From Basidiobolus meristosporus CBS 931.73 (lineage: Eukaryota > Fungi > Basidiobolomycota), in NCBI GenBank assembly GCA_002104905.1, contig MCFE01000714.1, positions 1 through 42,673 of the forward strand: a stretch of 42,673 nucleotides of DNA, read 5' to 3'. The notes below the pieces were generated by a model. That model made no database searches. It worked only from the letters and a program-made list of their open reading frames with translations, and was not told the origin of the DNA. A program made the translations under genes and the position numbers. Positions 23,013-36,402 of the stretch are shown here, in pieces (the stretch's first letter is position 1; each line of letters opens with the position of its first letter).

Positions 23013-26000
23013 ACACGCCGCTCCTCCCAATTTACTAGTAATTCACAAGGATTCCAAAAACATAGATTACTTACATTAGTTTAATCCCAACCACCCACTG
23101 TAAGGTTATATTTTCTCAACAGGGATGAAATTGCACTCCAGCCAAATATGCATTAGTGGAATTTATTGTCAACATTCATTCAGCCTTCCTAGAACAACCA
23201 AGTCATCAAACCATACTTCATGATTGACAACTTTCTGGACTAGTTGCTCTGCGTGGAATAAAATATCGGTTGCAGTATCCACATTGATGAAATCAAGCCA
23301 CTGTGTATGGGCTATGTTAGGTGTGGGATTCATATTGCATGGATACTTACACCAGAAATTGAAAAGCCAATAACTGAGCAGTGTAGTGTTCAGGATAATC
23401 GTGGTACACCAGCCTCCAAATGAATGCTGTCAAAGTATCGGAAACATGCCAACCCAGCCTTTGCCAAGAGATATCTTTGAAGTACCCAATAACACCCATT
23501 GCCAAGGCTCTTTGCACAGTAGCAAGCGTTGACCCGGGTGAAGTCCCGATTGAACATCCAGATATACGGGTGGGTGTGTTGCCAGAGCCCTAACCAATCG
23601 AAGCAGCCTCTACCCAAATAAACTCAACACAGAACTTACTAGCTACTTCTGGGCGCTGCTGCCAAATCCTAGCCACTTGCTAGGGAACGGGAAAACGGAC
23701 GGAATGATACGGCGGCACTTACGGTGCCAGAAGAATTCTTGATATGGGCCGATGCAGTTCGTAGATGAATGTTCCGTAATATTAAGCTTCGAATTCCTAT
23801 TCTGGGTCGGGTGCATCTAAGCTTTTGACATGGAAATTTCCATTGCAGCCCAACATGGATTGGCCAGTCGTGGGACTCAGTTGTACACATTGACTATGCT
23901 CTGCATGAGACAAAGAGCGTACTTGATGTAATCCAGGAATCCAATATGACACATTCATTCCTTGTTGGTAATTAAAGGACCTAATGTTTTAGACTCCTGT
24001 TACTAGAGATCTTGGGATACGCATCACCATAGAGAGTGGCCCCCGGGATATATAATCGCCTCATCCGCAGCAGGGATGAGTACTACGCTCGTTGTGTAAT
24101 TCATCATTCCATCATGGCAGATAGACCAGGAGATGGCGTATTCCATAATAGCAGGAGGCATATATTGCCGAAGAGAAAGCCTCTCCCCGCCTGATGGTCC
24201 TGTGAGCACTTCTGACACCCCATATAAGTCCATTCCAATAACTTGATGTGTCACAATGCGGTAATGGATTGTTGATGGCGCCACTTCCTCTGGCACTCCC
24301 ATTGAAATTTGTATCATCTATTCAGCAGCCTTCGGAGGAGATGGCCACAATGGGGAGCAGGAATAGAATTGTTCTGATACATCATCTATGCAGCCTCGTT
24401 ATTATGGCAGCAAGTCTGTGTGCAGGTTAAGTTTCCTTTTGGATGATTTGGAGGCCAAAAAGAGTAGCGTGTTCAATCAGCCCCTAGCGCTGAGCATAAA
24501 TGGATTTCGCTGAATGAACGGCGTTGAGAACACCCAACGCCCTCCGAGCTGGTCACTCGGAGTCCAGCGATTGGCGATCAAAGCCCCCTCTGAACCAAGG
24601 GTCCAGCAAAAATCGGTACGGATCGGAGGATGTATAGCAACTGATTTACCCCCCAAAGGGAATTAAAGGTCTTGGCGTGTAATCATAATCCCAAGAGGAT
24701 GTGCAATGGGTTGGCAAAACCAGTTTCTGAAACGCCCTAACATTATAGTTCGGAGCGGAGTTCGATAGATTCCGAGGGTTGGGCTGACAAATACCAAGCT
24801 CCCCACCTGGCTGCTGAGATCGTGGCCCAATCACCGCTCCCGAGGACTTCGGGCACTTCGGCCTCCGTATTTGTGCATGTCAGAGACATTCTATGCCAGG
24901 AAACTGAACTGAGCATGTGGGCGATCTGGATATTCCATTTGGAAGCAATCCCAGTGATCACTGTATTCGCTCACCAACTAATGATCGCCATGCCGTGCTC
25001 GTGCGATTTGTCAGCGCCGATTGAAGGTGGGTGTCTCTGCCCACCACGCTGTATTATTAGCCCACTGTTTTTCGGGAAGAAGTGGGGATTTCCGCAGCCA
25101 CAGATTCATCTGATCTATGCACCATCAGTCATACCAATCACAAGCACAGCAAATCTTCGTTGGCAGCATGAGAGCACCTACTTCATGCCAACGTCAGCTT
25201 GGATGTGAAGCGCTGTTGGGTACCAATTCGCGAGGGTCGCCGCGCGCTACAAGCCTACCTCGGCCGACTCCTTCCGTTCGTCCCCGTCCCCGTCCCCGCC
25301 CCCTTTCGCGCTACTCATCATGGCTCATTCCCCCCTTCAACCCAATAGGAATTTTCAGGGCAAGAAAAACCACCAATGACGAGAGATGGGCATATTTTGA
25401 TCTATACTTGATTTATTGGACTGAGAACATTACTGAATCAGTTAGCGAGGGCAACCAGTAATGGCGTTGGTTAAAAGACATTACCCAGGATACTAGCAAG
25501 TTGGATTACTAATCCACTGACCAGTATTTGCATGCAGAAATTGAGTCTCCAATTCCTGGCTGCATGGATATTACTGGCCTGTTCAGCGAGCACCACGTAT
25601 TAGCAAAGGCAGAGTTGGCTTGCCCCTCATCACTCATACTATATCATGCATTGATTACAACATCGTGGCCGCAGCCCGGTCGCACTTGGCGTCCAGTGGC
25701 CGCAGTCCCGTTATGACTTATTCTTGAACACTTGACTGATAATCTGATAATTTGGTTTGTTTATGATCAAGCACGTAAGCCCCGCTGGAACTCATCAGAA
25801 TGACTGATTATTAATCGACCGCGCTCCGGTGCATAGCCAGGTGGGTATTCCTGAATGTGGTGTCTATTTCGAGCTAAATTGGGCTAGGATGTGTCATAGC
25901 GCATATTAAATATGCTTCAATGGACTCAAAGAGTATTCCCATTAACTAGCAAATATGAGTCAGGAGGGAATGTGGAGTTGGTCAGATCCTAAGATCTACG

Positions 26001-26465
26001 GCTAGCCATTCCGGAATCAAGTCCTTGGACCCAATACGGAGCCATAGTACATGGTGTGAGTGTGAGAAGATTCGAAGTGACGAATCAGCACGCACGCAGA
26101 GCACGGAGCTACCTTACATTTGTAATTTTAAATTAGCCCTTGGCAGATTCCATTGGCCGAGGGGAATACCCAGAAAAGTAGGCTATCCTACAATTTCAAG
26201 GTCAGATTCCCCATGATTTACTCACGCGCGCTTACCATATAAGCTTGCACCTCCTCTGGACCTCCTCAGCAACTTTTTTCAACTCACTTTTCCAAGAAAT
26301 AAAGCTTCTAGCCGGAAGCGGATGGTTAATTTCCGTTACACTTGGAGCCCAACACTAAATTCAATCGATCTCCTTGCCTTGAATTCTCCCTTGTTCCCAC
26401 GCACTCTCCCTTGACCTTTCGCATTCCCCTCATCATTGCTTTCTCCCCTCTTAACTGTAGAAGTT

Positions 26466-27713
26466 ATGTCTTCCTTAACTTCATCAAGCTTACTTCCTTT
26501 TAACTCGACTTGTCAGGTTGAACATAACGAGTCCTTTCTCGTCAACGATTTCCTTCTCTTTGACAATGAAGACTCGGCAACATACAACGATGCTTTTCGG
26601 GTGCATGACGGGAGTTTGCTCAATTCCCAGTTGGTTGATCAGCTTTCTGCTGATCCCAAACAAGCATCTGATAATGGCTTCTCCACCCCATTTACACCAT
26701 CTCTCGACCCATTCAATCCTCCATCGTTACTGTCTACTCCCTTCACTCCAGCTCTAAAAAGTTTCAACGATATCACGATCCCATGCAGCCCGGACATGAG
26801 CTACGGAAGTTCTATGCCACTATTCAATACTCCATACGCTCCTTCGAGTCAGAGTTTTGATTTTTCAGCTTCCAATTCTGCCTCTGCCAATACGCCACTG
26901 ACGTTGAGTCTAGATGGCTTCGACACAAAGGAGGTGCTTGGTGACTCCTACGGGATTTCCGGGTCCTATCCATATGCCGCCTCCATGGATACACCATACA
27001 TGCAAGATGCTAGCGTTTTTGGTGTGAATGGTCTTACAAACACGCCGGTGTATCCTACCGCGCATTCGTTCTCTCCCGCCTTTCTTAGAAATACGCCTAA
27101 TATGTTTGGAGACGGAATCGATCTAACACCATTCCTCACACCTGCAACCGACTTCGAGTGTGATAATTTCTCTGCTCCTGGAACGCCGGTGGATCCAGCA
27201 GCCATCAATGTCATGAACAACATGAACTTTCTGCAGTTCGGCAATGAGATGAACCAATACAATGACTTGTGCAAAGGGGATAAGAACCCGGCGTCTTTCC
27301 CGTTATTTGCGCCTTTGGAAGAGATTGCCGACTCCCACCAGGCCTCGGCATCCTCTTCCTCTAATTCCCCGGATAAGGATCATTTCACACCCCCTGCTCC
27401 ACAGGAATCATCGAAGGTCCGACTAGCAGCCGCCAGGAGTAAGAAGTACATCTGCTCCTATCATGGATGCAACAAGAGCTTCGCCCGCAAATTCAATTTG
27501 AACGTCCATGTTCGAAGCCATTATCCTGAACTTGCACGTCCTTTCAAGTGTTCCGAATGCCTAAAGGCTTTCGGTCGCAAACATGATCTAACCCGCCACT
27601 TGGCAGCTGTTCATAAGGCTACCTCCTTGTACCACTGTGATACGTGCGGTAAGGAGTTCTCTAGACGAGACGCACTCGCGCGCCACCTAGAAAAAGGCTG
27701 CCAGCTGGTATGA
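26466..27713 (+). CDS. C2H2 zinc-finger transcription factor with Crz1-like fingers, intronless, 415 aa
   Basis: A long S/T/P-rich N-terminus is followed by YICSYHGCNKSFARKFNLNVHVRSH, FKCSECLKAFGRKHDLTRHLAAVH and YHCDTCGKEFSRRDALARH. The first ATG is at 26466; the ORF track starts at a TTG. Confidence 0.9.
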   Translation: MSSLTSSSLLPFNSTCQVEHNESFLVNDFLLFDNEDSATYNDAFRVHDGSLLNSQLVDQLSADPKQASDNGFSTPFTPSLDPFNPPSLLSTPFTPALKSFNDITIPCSPDMSYGSSMPLFNTPYAPSSQSFDFSASNSASANTPLTLSLDGFDTKEVLGDSYGISGSYPYAASMDTPYMQDASVFGVNGLTNTPVYPTAHSFSPAFLRNTPNMFGDGIDLTPFLTPATDFECDNFSAPGTPVDPAAINVMNNMNFLQFGNEMNQYNDLCKGDKNPASFPLFAPLEEIADSHQASASSSSNSPDKDHFTPPAPQESSKVRLAAARSKKYICSYHGCNKSFARKFNLNVHVRSHYPELARPFKCSECLKAFGRKHDLTRHLAAVHKATSLYHCDTCGKEFSRRDALARHLEKGCQLV

Positions 27714-29167
27714 AGTAACGAAGAATCATCCCGTCAATCTTTCTATGCCCAAATAACGTCAGTCGTGAAAAGAACAAAAAAATTCGCAAAACCGGCAAAA
27801 AACCAACGATTTTTTATTAGACCAACCCACTCCCACCCACCCAACTATACATATATTTCTGAACCTAGTATATTTCGCTTCAGAAGATTGCTTTCCTTTG
27901 ATGCCTCATTCTATTTTGTGTATTTAATTGATTGTTGTACCTTTTCTCTTGTATAGTAATAGTCACCCACTGCATATGTATTACCTTATTTCCATCCGAT
28001 TCTTTTGATCACACTCCAGCACCATCCCACATCGCCCGGCTGTTATAACAGTCGGCCCTTCAACCGAAAATCATTGTCCATCTGGGTAAATTTACTTTCA
28101 TGAATGGTATACTTTCATCAGCGGAATTCGCTATTTCGTGATTGAATGTTATTAAAGCGAGCATTATCTTGAGGAGATCGTGGTGGCAGTTGGTGACAGT
28201 CACGAATTGGGTTGAGGTGGCAGTGTGGAACCATCCGGGTACCCCTTCGGGTGGCTCTGATCCGGAATACTACCCAGCACATGCTTGGGTGGATCCGGTT
28301 TTTCATCATGCTTACTAATGGGTGGCCTACGGGCCAAAGCGAGCAGCACGGTTTGGTGGATGGTTGGATACCCGGCCGGGTTGTGATCACCAGACCCGAT
28401 TTGTACAGCGTGTTCTCAAACACATCGGAATGAGCTGGCTTCATTTGCATAAAGATCGTACCCTTCAAAAAATTGAGGCGGACTATTACTGTAAGCCAGA
28501 CGGTGGATGTATGTACGTAATTGATCTGAACTGCAGTCCCGCTGAATGTCGGGCTCCCTATTTATGTAAGCAACCAAGTGACTCTCATCAAGGCTTATTT
28601 CTGAATTATGCCATGTTCAACCACTGGGTATCCCATAACCAGTTACCTGGATATTACTCAAGGAGACGAACGGCAGCGGAGGAATAGGCTGAACGTGATT
28701 GTGCCAACAATGATGCAATAACATGCGATTATTAATTCGAATTCGCGATTGCGTCCGTCCCTTGAGATAATCATGTAAGCCTGATATACAGTTTGACATT
28801 CAGAAGAATTGATACTGATAGCAGGGATCTTGTGTCTGATGGTGATTTACCTCTAGATGGCACATGAGTTAGAGGGGGATCAACTGACCTGGGTCGGGGG
28901 TTGAAGAATATCGTGCCAAACGTTTTCAGATAATGCTGTCTTTTGGTAGCTCCGCAACATTGACATGAAGTGTCTGTAGCCGCCTTGATAATGCAGATAT
29001 AAAGTGGCTGTGGAATATTCACATGCATATAGTTTGTTGCAAATTTTGTATCTACACCGAAATATGCACATTAACTGTTGTGAGTCTTGGAGATACTGGA
29101 AGTGATCGGGAGAACAAGTAGATTATGCGGCTTTCACTCCATGATTTATTGAATGTAAAAGTGGTGT

Positions 29168-30144
29168 TTGTGTTTTTACGTGGTCTTTGCAAAACTAACA
29201 TATACAGTGTGTTTAAGAAGAGCCCAAGAACATACGCGCAGAGTTTGGGGGCTTTCGGACAGCTTATCAGGCTTTGATGGGTTGGGTCCTGACATTTTGG
29301 TGGAAATATGCAAAAGGTACAGTACCACTTTTACCATCAATAAAGCACTGAGTGAGAGCCACAAAATCATTAGTTCTCTCATTCATTTCCAATATCTCCA
29401 AAGCGATTTGATTAATATCTTACGAAGCAATTTGATTCAGCTTTGTAAGGCGTTTTCACCAGCCTTCCCAAATATCGAGGTATCAGGAGATAGAGGAGAC
29501 TTCAGACCTTGCACCCATCTCTCCACAACCATTAAACTTACAAGCAAAAGCACTCCAGGCTACCTGCAAATAACTTCTAAATCTCAACTGTGCTTTTAAT
29601 GGCCCAGGAACTTGGGAGATATTTCGTAACGTAATGTACCAAGCTGAGGTAAGGCACCTATACCTTTGGGGAAACTTTGAATCATGTGACCTATATTTCA
29701 AACTTGCCCATAAGACCTTGAACCTTGTGACACTAATTACCCACATCTCATAGAGAGATCACTTTCTGAGCTACGAAATCAACATTTATCCACTCGGAAC
29801 TGATTTCTTACGATATTCCCCATTTCTGATGAATGGTTGAATACTCAGAACGTTGTACGCAAAGTGTGGGGCTTTTTAGATGGATTGAAATATTTGGCGA
29901 CTGTAAGACCTTTCTCAAAAGGTTGGTTTTATCAGATTCACGGAGCTTACCCAAATATATCAATCTTATCAATGCTTCAGTAAAGCTGAAACTTTTAGCA
30001 AAAATAAATCTAGTACAATTATTTAAATCAACAAGTAAACAATCACTCTTTCTCCTGAATAAACTCCATTCCACTTGCAAGCTCTCGCGGTCAATTTTGA
30101 CAATTACAGCACTTCCAAGCTGCCGTAGATGCCAAATGGGTTAG
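29168..30144 (+). pseudogene. Possible degraded F-box/LRR-like gene remnant
   Basis: FDGLGPDILVEICK resembles an F-box start, and VRHLYLWGNF and FLKRLVLSDS resemble LRR strands. They lie in different frames with intervening stops. Confidence 0.25.
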
Positions 30145-31685
30145 GTATTCAGATATAGAGCAGTAATGCGCCTGAAGATTCATAGCAAGATGTTGCTTCG
30201 AGATCAGGGCATTTATGGAAGGCAATGTACATTCGAAATTTGATAAGCTTCGGAGATCACATTAAAATATTCTGTTGCACAGATGGAAACCATCTTTTTG
30301 TCCATAATATGGTGGCGGTAACTAAAAGCATTACGCTTTAATAGTACTCTTTGATATTGGCAAGGACAATCAACTCCAGATAGCTTTGGGAAATGCAAGC
30401 AATGCAGCTTACCTACAGACCTGAGGTTCATCAGGCAAGGCTGCCCTAAATAGAATATGGGAGATCCAGTGGTTTTTTTTGCAATGATGGGGCCCTCACA
30501 GCCAGTAAGGTAGGGTAGGAAAACATGCCTTAGAAGCTGGATATTAACAGCATTGGTTTCCAAACCATGACAAATCAAACACGGGTGGCCGAATATCGCA
30601 CCAGCTCATTTGCCCAACAATCAATATTTGGAATGATTTGAAATCCAAGCCAATACGTGCATGATGAAGATATTGGCAGGCTGGCTCACTCTTGATGCTC
30701 AGATAAGTGAATTCCGTGAATGGAGATTCTATCTGGGCTCTTTACAACTCGGAGGTCGATGGGAATTCCGATTCTAGCAGTGACATCACCCGCTGCCAGC
30801 ATCGATCTACAAGGCTTCCGTACATTGGGCAAAGTGGATAATCGGTGGAAGTATCCCCCTGTGGCCTACCACTGCTTCAATCTCCCATGTAGCAAGTGTC
30901 CACATGGCCAGATTGCTGTTGTCATAGGTATGACCACTCTCGTCCTTGACGACATAGCTGATGCGCTTTCTGACCCACCTGTACATTCGTGGTCACTCGA
31001 TCGAACTGCTTATTCCATCCTCCGATCGTCTGCAATCCCCGCCTATGACTGGCCCAACTGCAGATGATCATACATTGGTCCAGTTGCCGTATATGGTCGC
31101 GCATGAACAAATCTCTGATGCAGCATTAGAAATCATAGTGTAAAAGAACCATAAGCGCACAACATCAGGGTTGCCCATGCCACCAACCTATCATGTCGCC
31201 CGTGTTGGCGCTTAAATATGTCTATAAACTTGGAACATACACATCGGCATTATCTTTCTTGAATTGGTAACTGCTATAATCAGATTGATACTCGGCAGAT
31301 AAAATACGCTATTCCCGGCAAATAGCTCAATATCGAGACAGCGCATGCTTATTGAATAGCAGGTCGCCTCCTGCCATTAGTTGGATTTCACTTGCCCTCC
31401 CATATGCGGCCACCTGAGAGCATCTGTGTAATCATACCTCGATGGCTCCTTATCAGATCTTTGGTATTCAGTTTAATGGAGTAATACAGTAAATCAAGAA
31501 AATCTTTCTCTTTCATCATTCAGCGAATCCGGTTGGAGTCTAAAAATTGTAGATGCCAATAGGCCATTGGGAATCTTGTTCGGTGCGTTCGCTGTCTCTT
31601 GAAATATTCCACACCGTAGCCAGTCCTTCGCTACTCTAGTTACTTTTGATTTTCCCCAAGTTCGGGCCACCTCTATCTCGGGAAA

Positions 31686-33470
31686 ATGGCATTGTACAAT
31701 AGGCAGTCGCTCAAGTACTCGACCCTGTTGTGTAAGACCACGGCTGGTGCAGTAAGTGCAGCCTTTCGTGCACAGCAATGTTCGACATTCCGACCGCTAA
31801 GTCAACAGAAATTCGCCACCTTCCCTGCACAAAAGTCACTAAATGTTGTGAAAACTGCGAGCATGTTGTCACTAAGCCAGCCAAAACGTACTTCATTTAT
31901 GCTGAGCCCAGTAATAGTTAAGAGATGGCATGCTGGCCACTCTCACGATCACACCCACGGCGAAGAGCAGGCGCAACTAATGAAAGCTTTGAAAGGAGCT
32001 AAAGGTAGCCATATGTACAGTCATGGGCCGTGTCAAAACATCTCTTTACTTATCGAAATGCACTTTTTGCGTTTGTAGACCCTGGCTCAAGAATTACGTT
32101 GATTGGGATGGGTGTTAACGTAGGCTTGACGGCTCTTAAAGGCGTAGGCGGTTGGTGTGTATTAAAAGCTCTCACTTTATTGCACCCTTTTCCCATCACT
32201 TATCCACCTGTCTTGCTTCGTACAGGCTAACTAACTCAGCTTCTTTGGTCGCTGATGCAGCTCATTCTCTAAGCGGTAAGCAACTTCAAGGACTAGTGTA
32301 GCTTCGTAACTATTGCGCTTCGATGTTCAGTATCTAAATGCTATCTTGATTCATGGAAGATTTGATAAGCGATGTGGTTACATTATACACCTTCAACAAA
32401 GCCCGTCAGCCCTCGGATATCAAACACCCATTTGGATATGGTATGGTACCTGTATACAGCATATAGGTCTGAGCGACAGACAATAACAAAATGAGAATCT
32501 AGGTCGCTACGAAGCTATCGGGACATTGGGCGTCTCTTCATTCTTAGTTCTTGCTGGTATAGGTATTGGGCAGCACTCGATAGAGCTGTTGCTGGAAACA
32601 CTGCCGTCCTTAGTAGAAACGTCCATTGCCACTTCTCCCATAGAAGTGGTAGAGGAGACCTCCGCAGCTACCTCACCAAAAAGCAGCGTCTTCCCGTCCT
32701 TGTTTCATTCACATGAGCATCATTCCACAGTTAGTCCCAATGCCTTGTGGTTTGCATTAATATCGGTGTTCTCCAAGGAAGCCCTCTATCGAGCAAGTAA
32801 GCGCTCCACTGTACTATGCTTTTACTAGAGATGGATACATTTGATATTAACTATATCCAAGCAATCGTGACTGCCAAGAAGACGAACAGCCAAGTATTGG
32901 CTGCGAATGCCTGGTAAGCGCATCATGTGTATCTGGGTGGAGCAGAATATTCGGACTCAACCACATATCTCGTAGGCATCATCGAAGCGATGCGTACTCT
33001 AGTTTGGTCGCCGTTGGTAAGTAAAACCATAGCTGGGTCTTCTGCGATACGTACTTACCGGGGACTAATTTCTAGCGGCCATCCTTGGCGCATACGCCGG
33101 ATTTCCCGCGTTGGACCCCATTGGAGGAATCATCGTGTCTGGAATGATTCTCAAGAGCGGTGTGGGAATGGGCTTGGGTGCTCTCAAAGAGCTGACTGAT
33201 GTTCGACTCAGCCCGGCAACCGCACATCAAGTCGAGGATTTCATTCTCGAGTGCCAGCCAGACCTCGCCACCTATTGCGAAGTAGCCAAGCTGAGAGGCC
33301 GAAAAACCGGGCCATTCTACCACCTAGAGGTCACCCTTCATTTGCAGTCCCAAGCCACTGTGGAGCAGGCAACCCAAGTGCAGCAGGTACTAAGGAAGAA
33401 GATCGAAGACAACCATCACCTAAAGGATTTCAGGGACGTGGTGTTCATTATCGAGGATAAGAGGGGATAA
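31686..33470 (+). CDS. MMT2: Mitochondrial cation-diffusion-facilitator metal transporter (MMT1/MMT2-like), multi-exon
   Basis: An R/S/A-rich presequence, WHAGHSHDH, NSASLVADAAHSLSDLISD, HPFGYGRYEAIG, LAANAWHHRSDAYSSLVA, DPIGGIIVSGMI and a C-terminal dimerisation domain. All introns are GT-AG. Confidence 0.9.
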
Positions 33471-34077
33471 ACCAGGCCCCTGGTATCTAACCATATTGCA
33501 TGCCATCATTCACATTCATCATTACTGGCAGTTGGGGAGATGAGTTGGCTTTTCATTAAAATCTTCAGTAATCAGCATGTTAAATCAGAAACTCTGGGTT
33601 GGAGCTTGCGTTCGCTACCCCAGTTCCATTGACTGTTGCTACGCACGTCATGATCCTTGTGGAAGCAGTGGTCAGCCAGATTTTTCCACGACGTGAAAAT
33701 CGAGGTCAAGCCCAACCGATAGATCAGGCTTTTTGGCCAGATTCCTCAGGTGGCCACAGAAGATTTCATATTTATACAGCTTGAAGATTATTGAGCGCGA
33801 CCGTTGGAGATTTGTAAATGCGAGATTTTAGTTATATAATACATTCTCTGCGAATAGATCTCAACATGAATGAAGTCCAGGGGAGTTTCTGGTGGAAATC
33901 AAACTATGATTTCGGGGATGCGTTGAGATGTAGGGTGCAACAGGCGTGGTTGGTAGTGATGGGCATGTGGTTCGGGGAATCGTGGAGCCGAAGGCTAATC
34001 AAGAGAGCATCGACTCGATGGAATGAATGTAATGCCCCACTGGTGGATATATATATATTAGTGGCCTTGAACAAGTG

Positions 34078-35980
34078 CTACGGAAATGTATAGATTCTTG
34101 GTTGTAATGCGTATGCCGCCTTCACTCCTTTTCTGTTGATAAGCTGTTTAAGGTAAAGGCTTGGGATCTCTTCGACTTTATGCCCAAAGGACTCCCAGAC
34201 ACCGTCAACCCCTGCGTTTTTGCTCATGATCTTCCGTCCTATGCAGCCAATTGCCCAGTTGTTAGCTGAGAGAGCTGGTCTGGTCAGAATTAATTGCCTT
34301 GCCTCGCAGTTCCATAGCACCTAGAGAGGAAAAGTTAGAATGTATGGCTATATCACTCCAAACGCATCCATCTACCTGAGTCACACCAGCCCACCCTTGA
34401 CCGCTGCCGGCTAATCACGCAAATAGGCCCGTTAGTGCTCCGCTCTGGCTACATGGTATGACTTGATTCACTTACCGGAGCCTCTGTTTTCAACACTGAT
34501 CTTGCCATCTGTCTTGACATTATCGTAGCTTTACAATGGAAAAACCGTCCATTAAGGCCTGGGTTGGAATCGTTGGAATCGATGACTGCCACTTACAGAG
34601 TTCCAATCCCGAAGTGATTGTGAGGCCCGATATCCGCGTATTGGTCAACGCCAACGGCATAGCTGAACACATTTGGCCCTTGTACCCTAGATCCGGTAGA
34701 GAAGGCATGGCGCGATTTCCGAGAGTAGGTGCGTAAAAACAGTGACCTCTGGCCATCCACCTGGAAAGAGTATCGACGAGCCCCGGTGATTAACGATACG
34801 GGGTCCAAATCTGCCGAATCTTGAACGGTGACATATCGGACATTAGGTCGAATATTGACGCATCCGTGGACAAAGTGCTTCGACACAATGTCGCTGATCC
34901 AGACATTCTCAACACCTCCCTCTATCCGAATAGCGTCGGTGGCGTGGTTCTCGTCAGAGTTCTCTTGTCCTTGGACGTACTCCGAGACCAATTGAAGGTT
35001 CTCCACCCCAATCTCCCCAATGCGCCTGGGTTCATTGATACGTACGAAATCCCCACCACCGTACCTGGCGTCCAAGGACATCAGTAGTGGTACATCTATA
35101 GTGATTTTGCGGGTGCTTCGATCAATGGCTACGATGCGTCGTTCGAAAACAAAGTCAAATCTTCCTGATTGCCATTGTCGAACCCTCTTTCCATCGCCAC
35201 GTGTTGGCATACGATCCATCCCAATATCATCTAAATTCAGTAGTTAGCCACGATGGTGCGGACTGTGCTGAGCTACTCCGAGTACTTACGAATCCAGTTT
35301 GATGGTGATGGTCTATGGATAATGATGGTTTGCCCCACCTCCATATGCTTGTACGATGCGGACCATTCGACGTGAAATTCGGTGGCTCCGATGGGTACTG
35401 GAGGGTCAGTGACCAAGCGAACCTTTCCGCTGTTGCTCAATTTTCGATACGGGGGTAGATGTGGCCCAACAATCTTGATCAATGGTCTCAGCTTTGTTCC
35501 GGTCGCAATAATGGTCGTCGTCTTTGAATCTCTGGTCAAATTCCCTGAAAAGGTTTGATGGGCCGGATTTTCACCGCAGCCTTCTCCTCTCAGCACAACC
35601 CCCTCTTTACCTAAAATCAGTGTTCCCGAGACCCGGTATGTACCAGCCTTTAATAGAATTGCCCCGCGTATACCGTCCCTTCCCAAGGGTAATGAGCCCA
35701 CCGCATTGATTGCCGCCTGAATGCGCAATGTGTCATCGGCATTCTTGGGGTGGGGATACAGCACTTTGACAACAGGAACGGAGGGAAGGGGAACGCCGCC
35801 GCCTCTGTATCCTGCATGTGAGAAGTCGGGAATTTGGTTCCCTTCGGCGTCTCCTCGATATTCCAGCTGGTCTGTCTCCAGATTGTTGTATACTGAGAAT
35901 GTTTTCCCAAGGCCGGATGGGGAGCCGGAAACAACCGCTCCGAGTCCGTTGAAAATAAGGAGAAAGAGAAGGTAGAGCAT
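34078..35980 (-). CDS. Secreted pectin-lyase-like (right-handed beta-helix) protein of bacterial type, 5 exons, 551 aa
   Basis: Signal peptide MLYLLFLLIFNGLGAVVS; GNQIPDFSHAGYRGGG; DDTLRIQAAIN; GAILLKAGTYRV; GVVLRGEG; ITGARRYSF; GPNVF; GPH..GTLYDNV; NRGSAGSGQGWAG; NWAIG; PSLYLKQL. Introns at 35231-35289, 34529-34596, 34411-34475 and 34321-34375 give 1656 nt in frame. Confidence 0.88.
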
Positions 35981-36402
35981 TGCAAGAACCGTATACTGAA
36001 TGTTTATGATATTTCTATAAAATTCCCCAGTCTAACTGAAGACCTCAGGACTGAATTTAAATTGAAAAAGTGGTTGATTATAAGGTATATTAATTTGGGC
36101 TCAGCAACGGCTATCTGGTATAGGAATAGGCCCAAGCCTACTGGGGCATTTCGTAGTCATTGGATACTATATATAAATGATGTATGTTAACCTGGATTTT
36201 GCCCAATCATCAGGCATATAGATCCAGTTGGAATGCTTAGTGTCTCAATAGAGTTGCTTGTATTAATCCCGTTTCGTTGATACGATGAATTGGACAGAGA
36301 CGCCAACAGGATGGCTGGAGCCATAAAATTAATCTGCAAGTGCAAATGTGCAACTGGTGGGTGTTAGAAATATTTGGGGATCAAGCAATAGGGGAGCATG
36401 AG

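Noticed and set aside
28118-28687. ORFs of 116 and 121 aa downstream of the C2H2 gene
   Set aside because: They overlap on opposite strands, start at weak or alternative codons, and show no recognisable domain or splice pattern.
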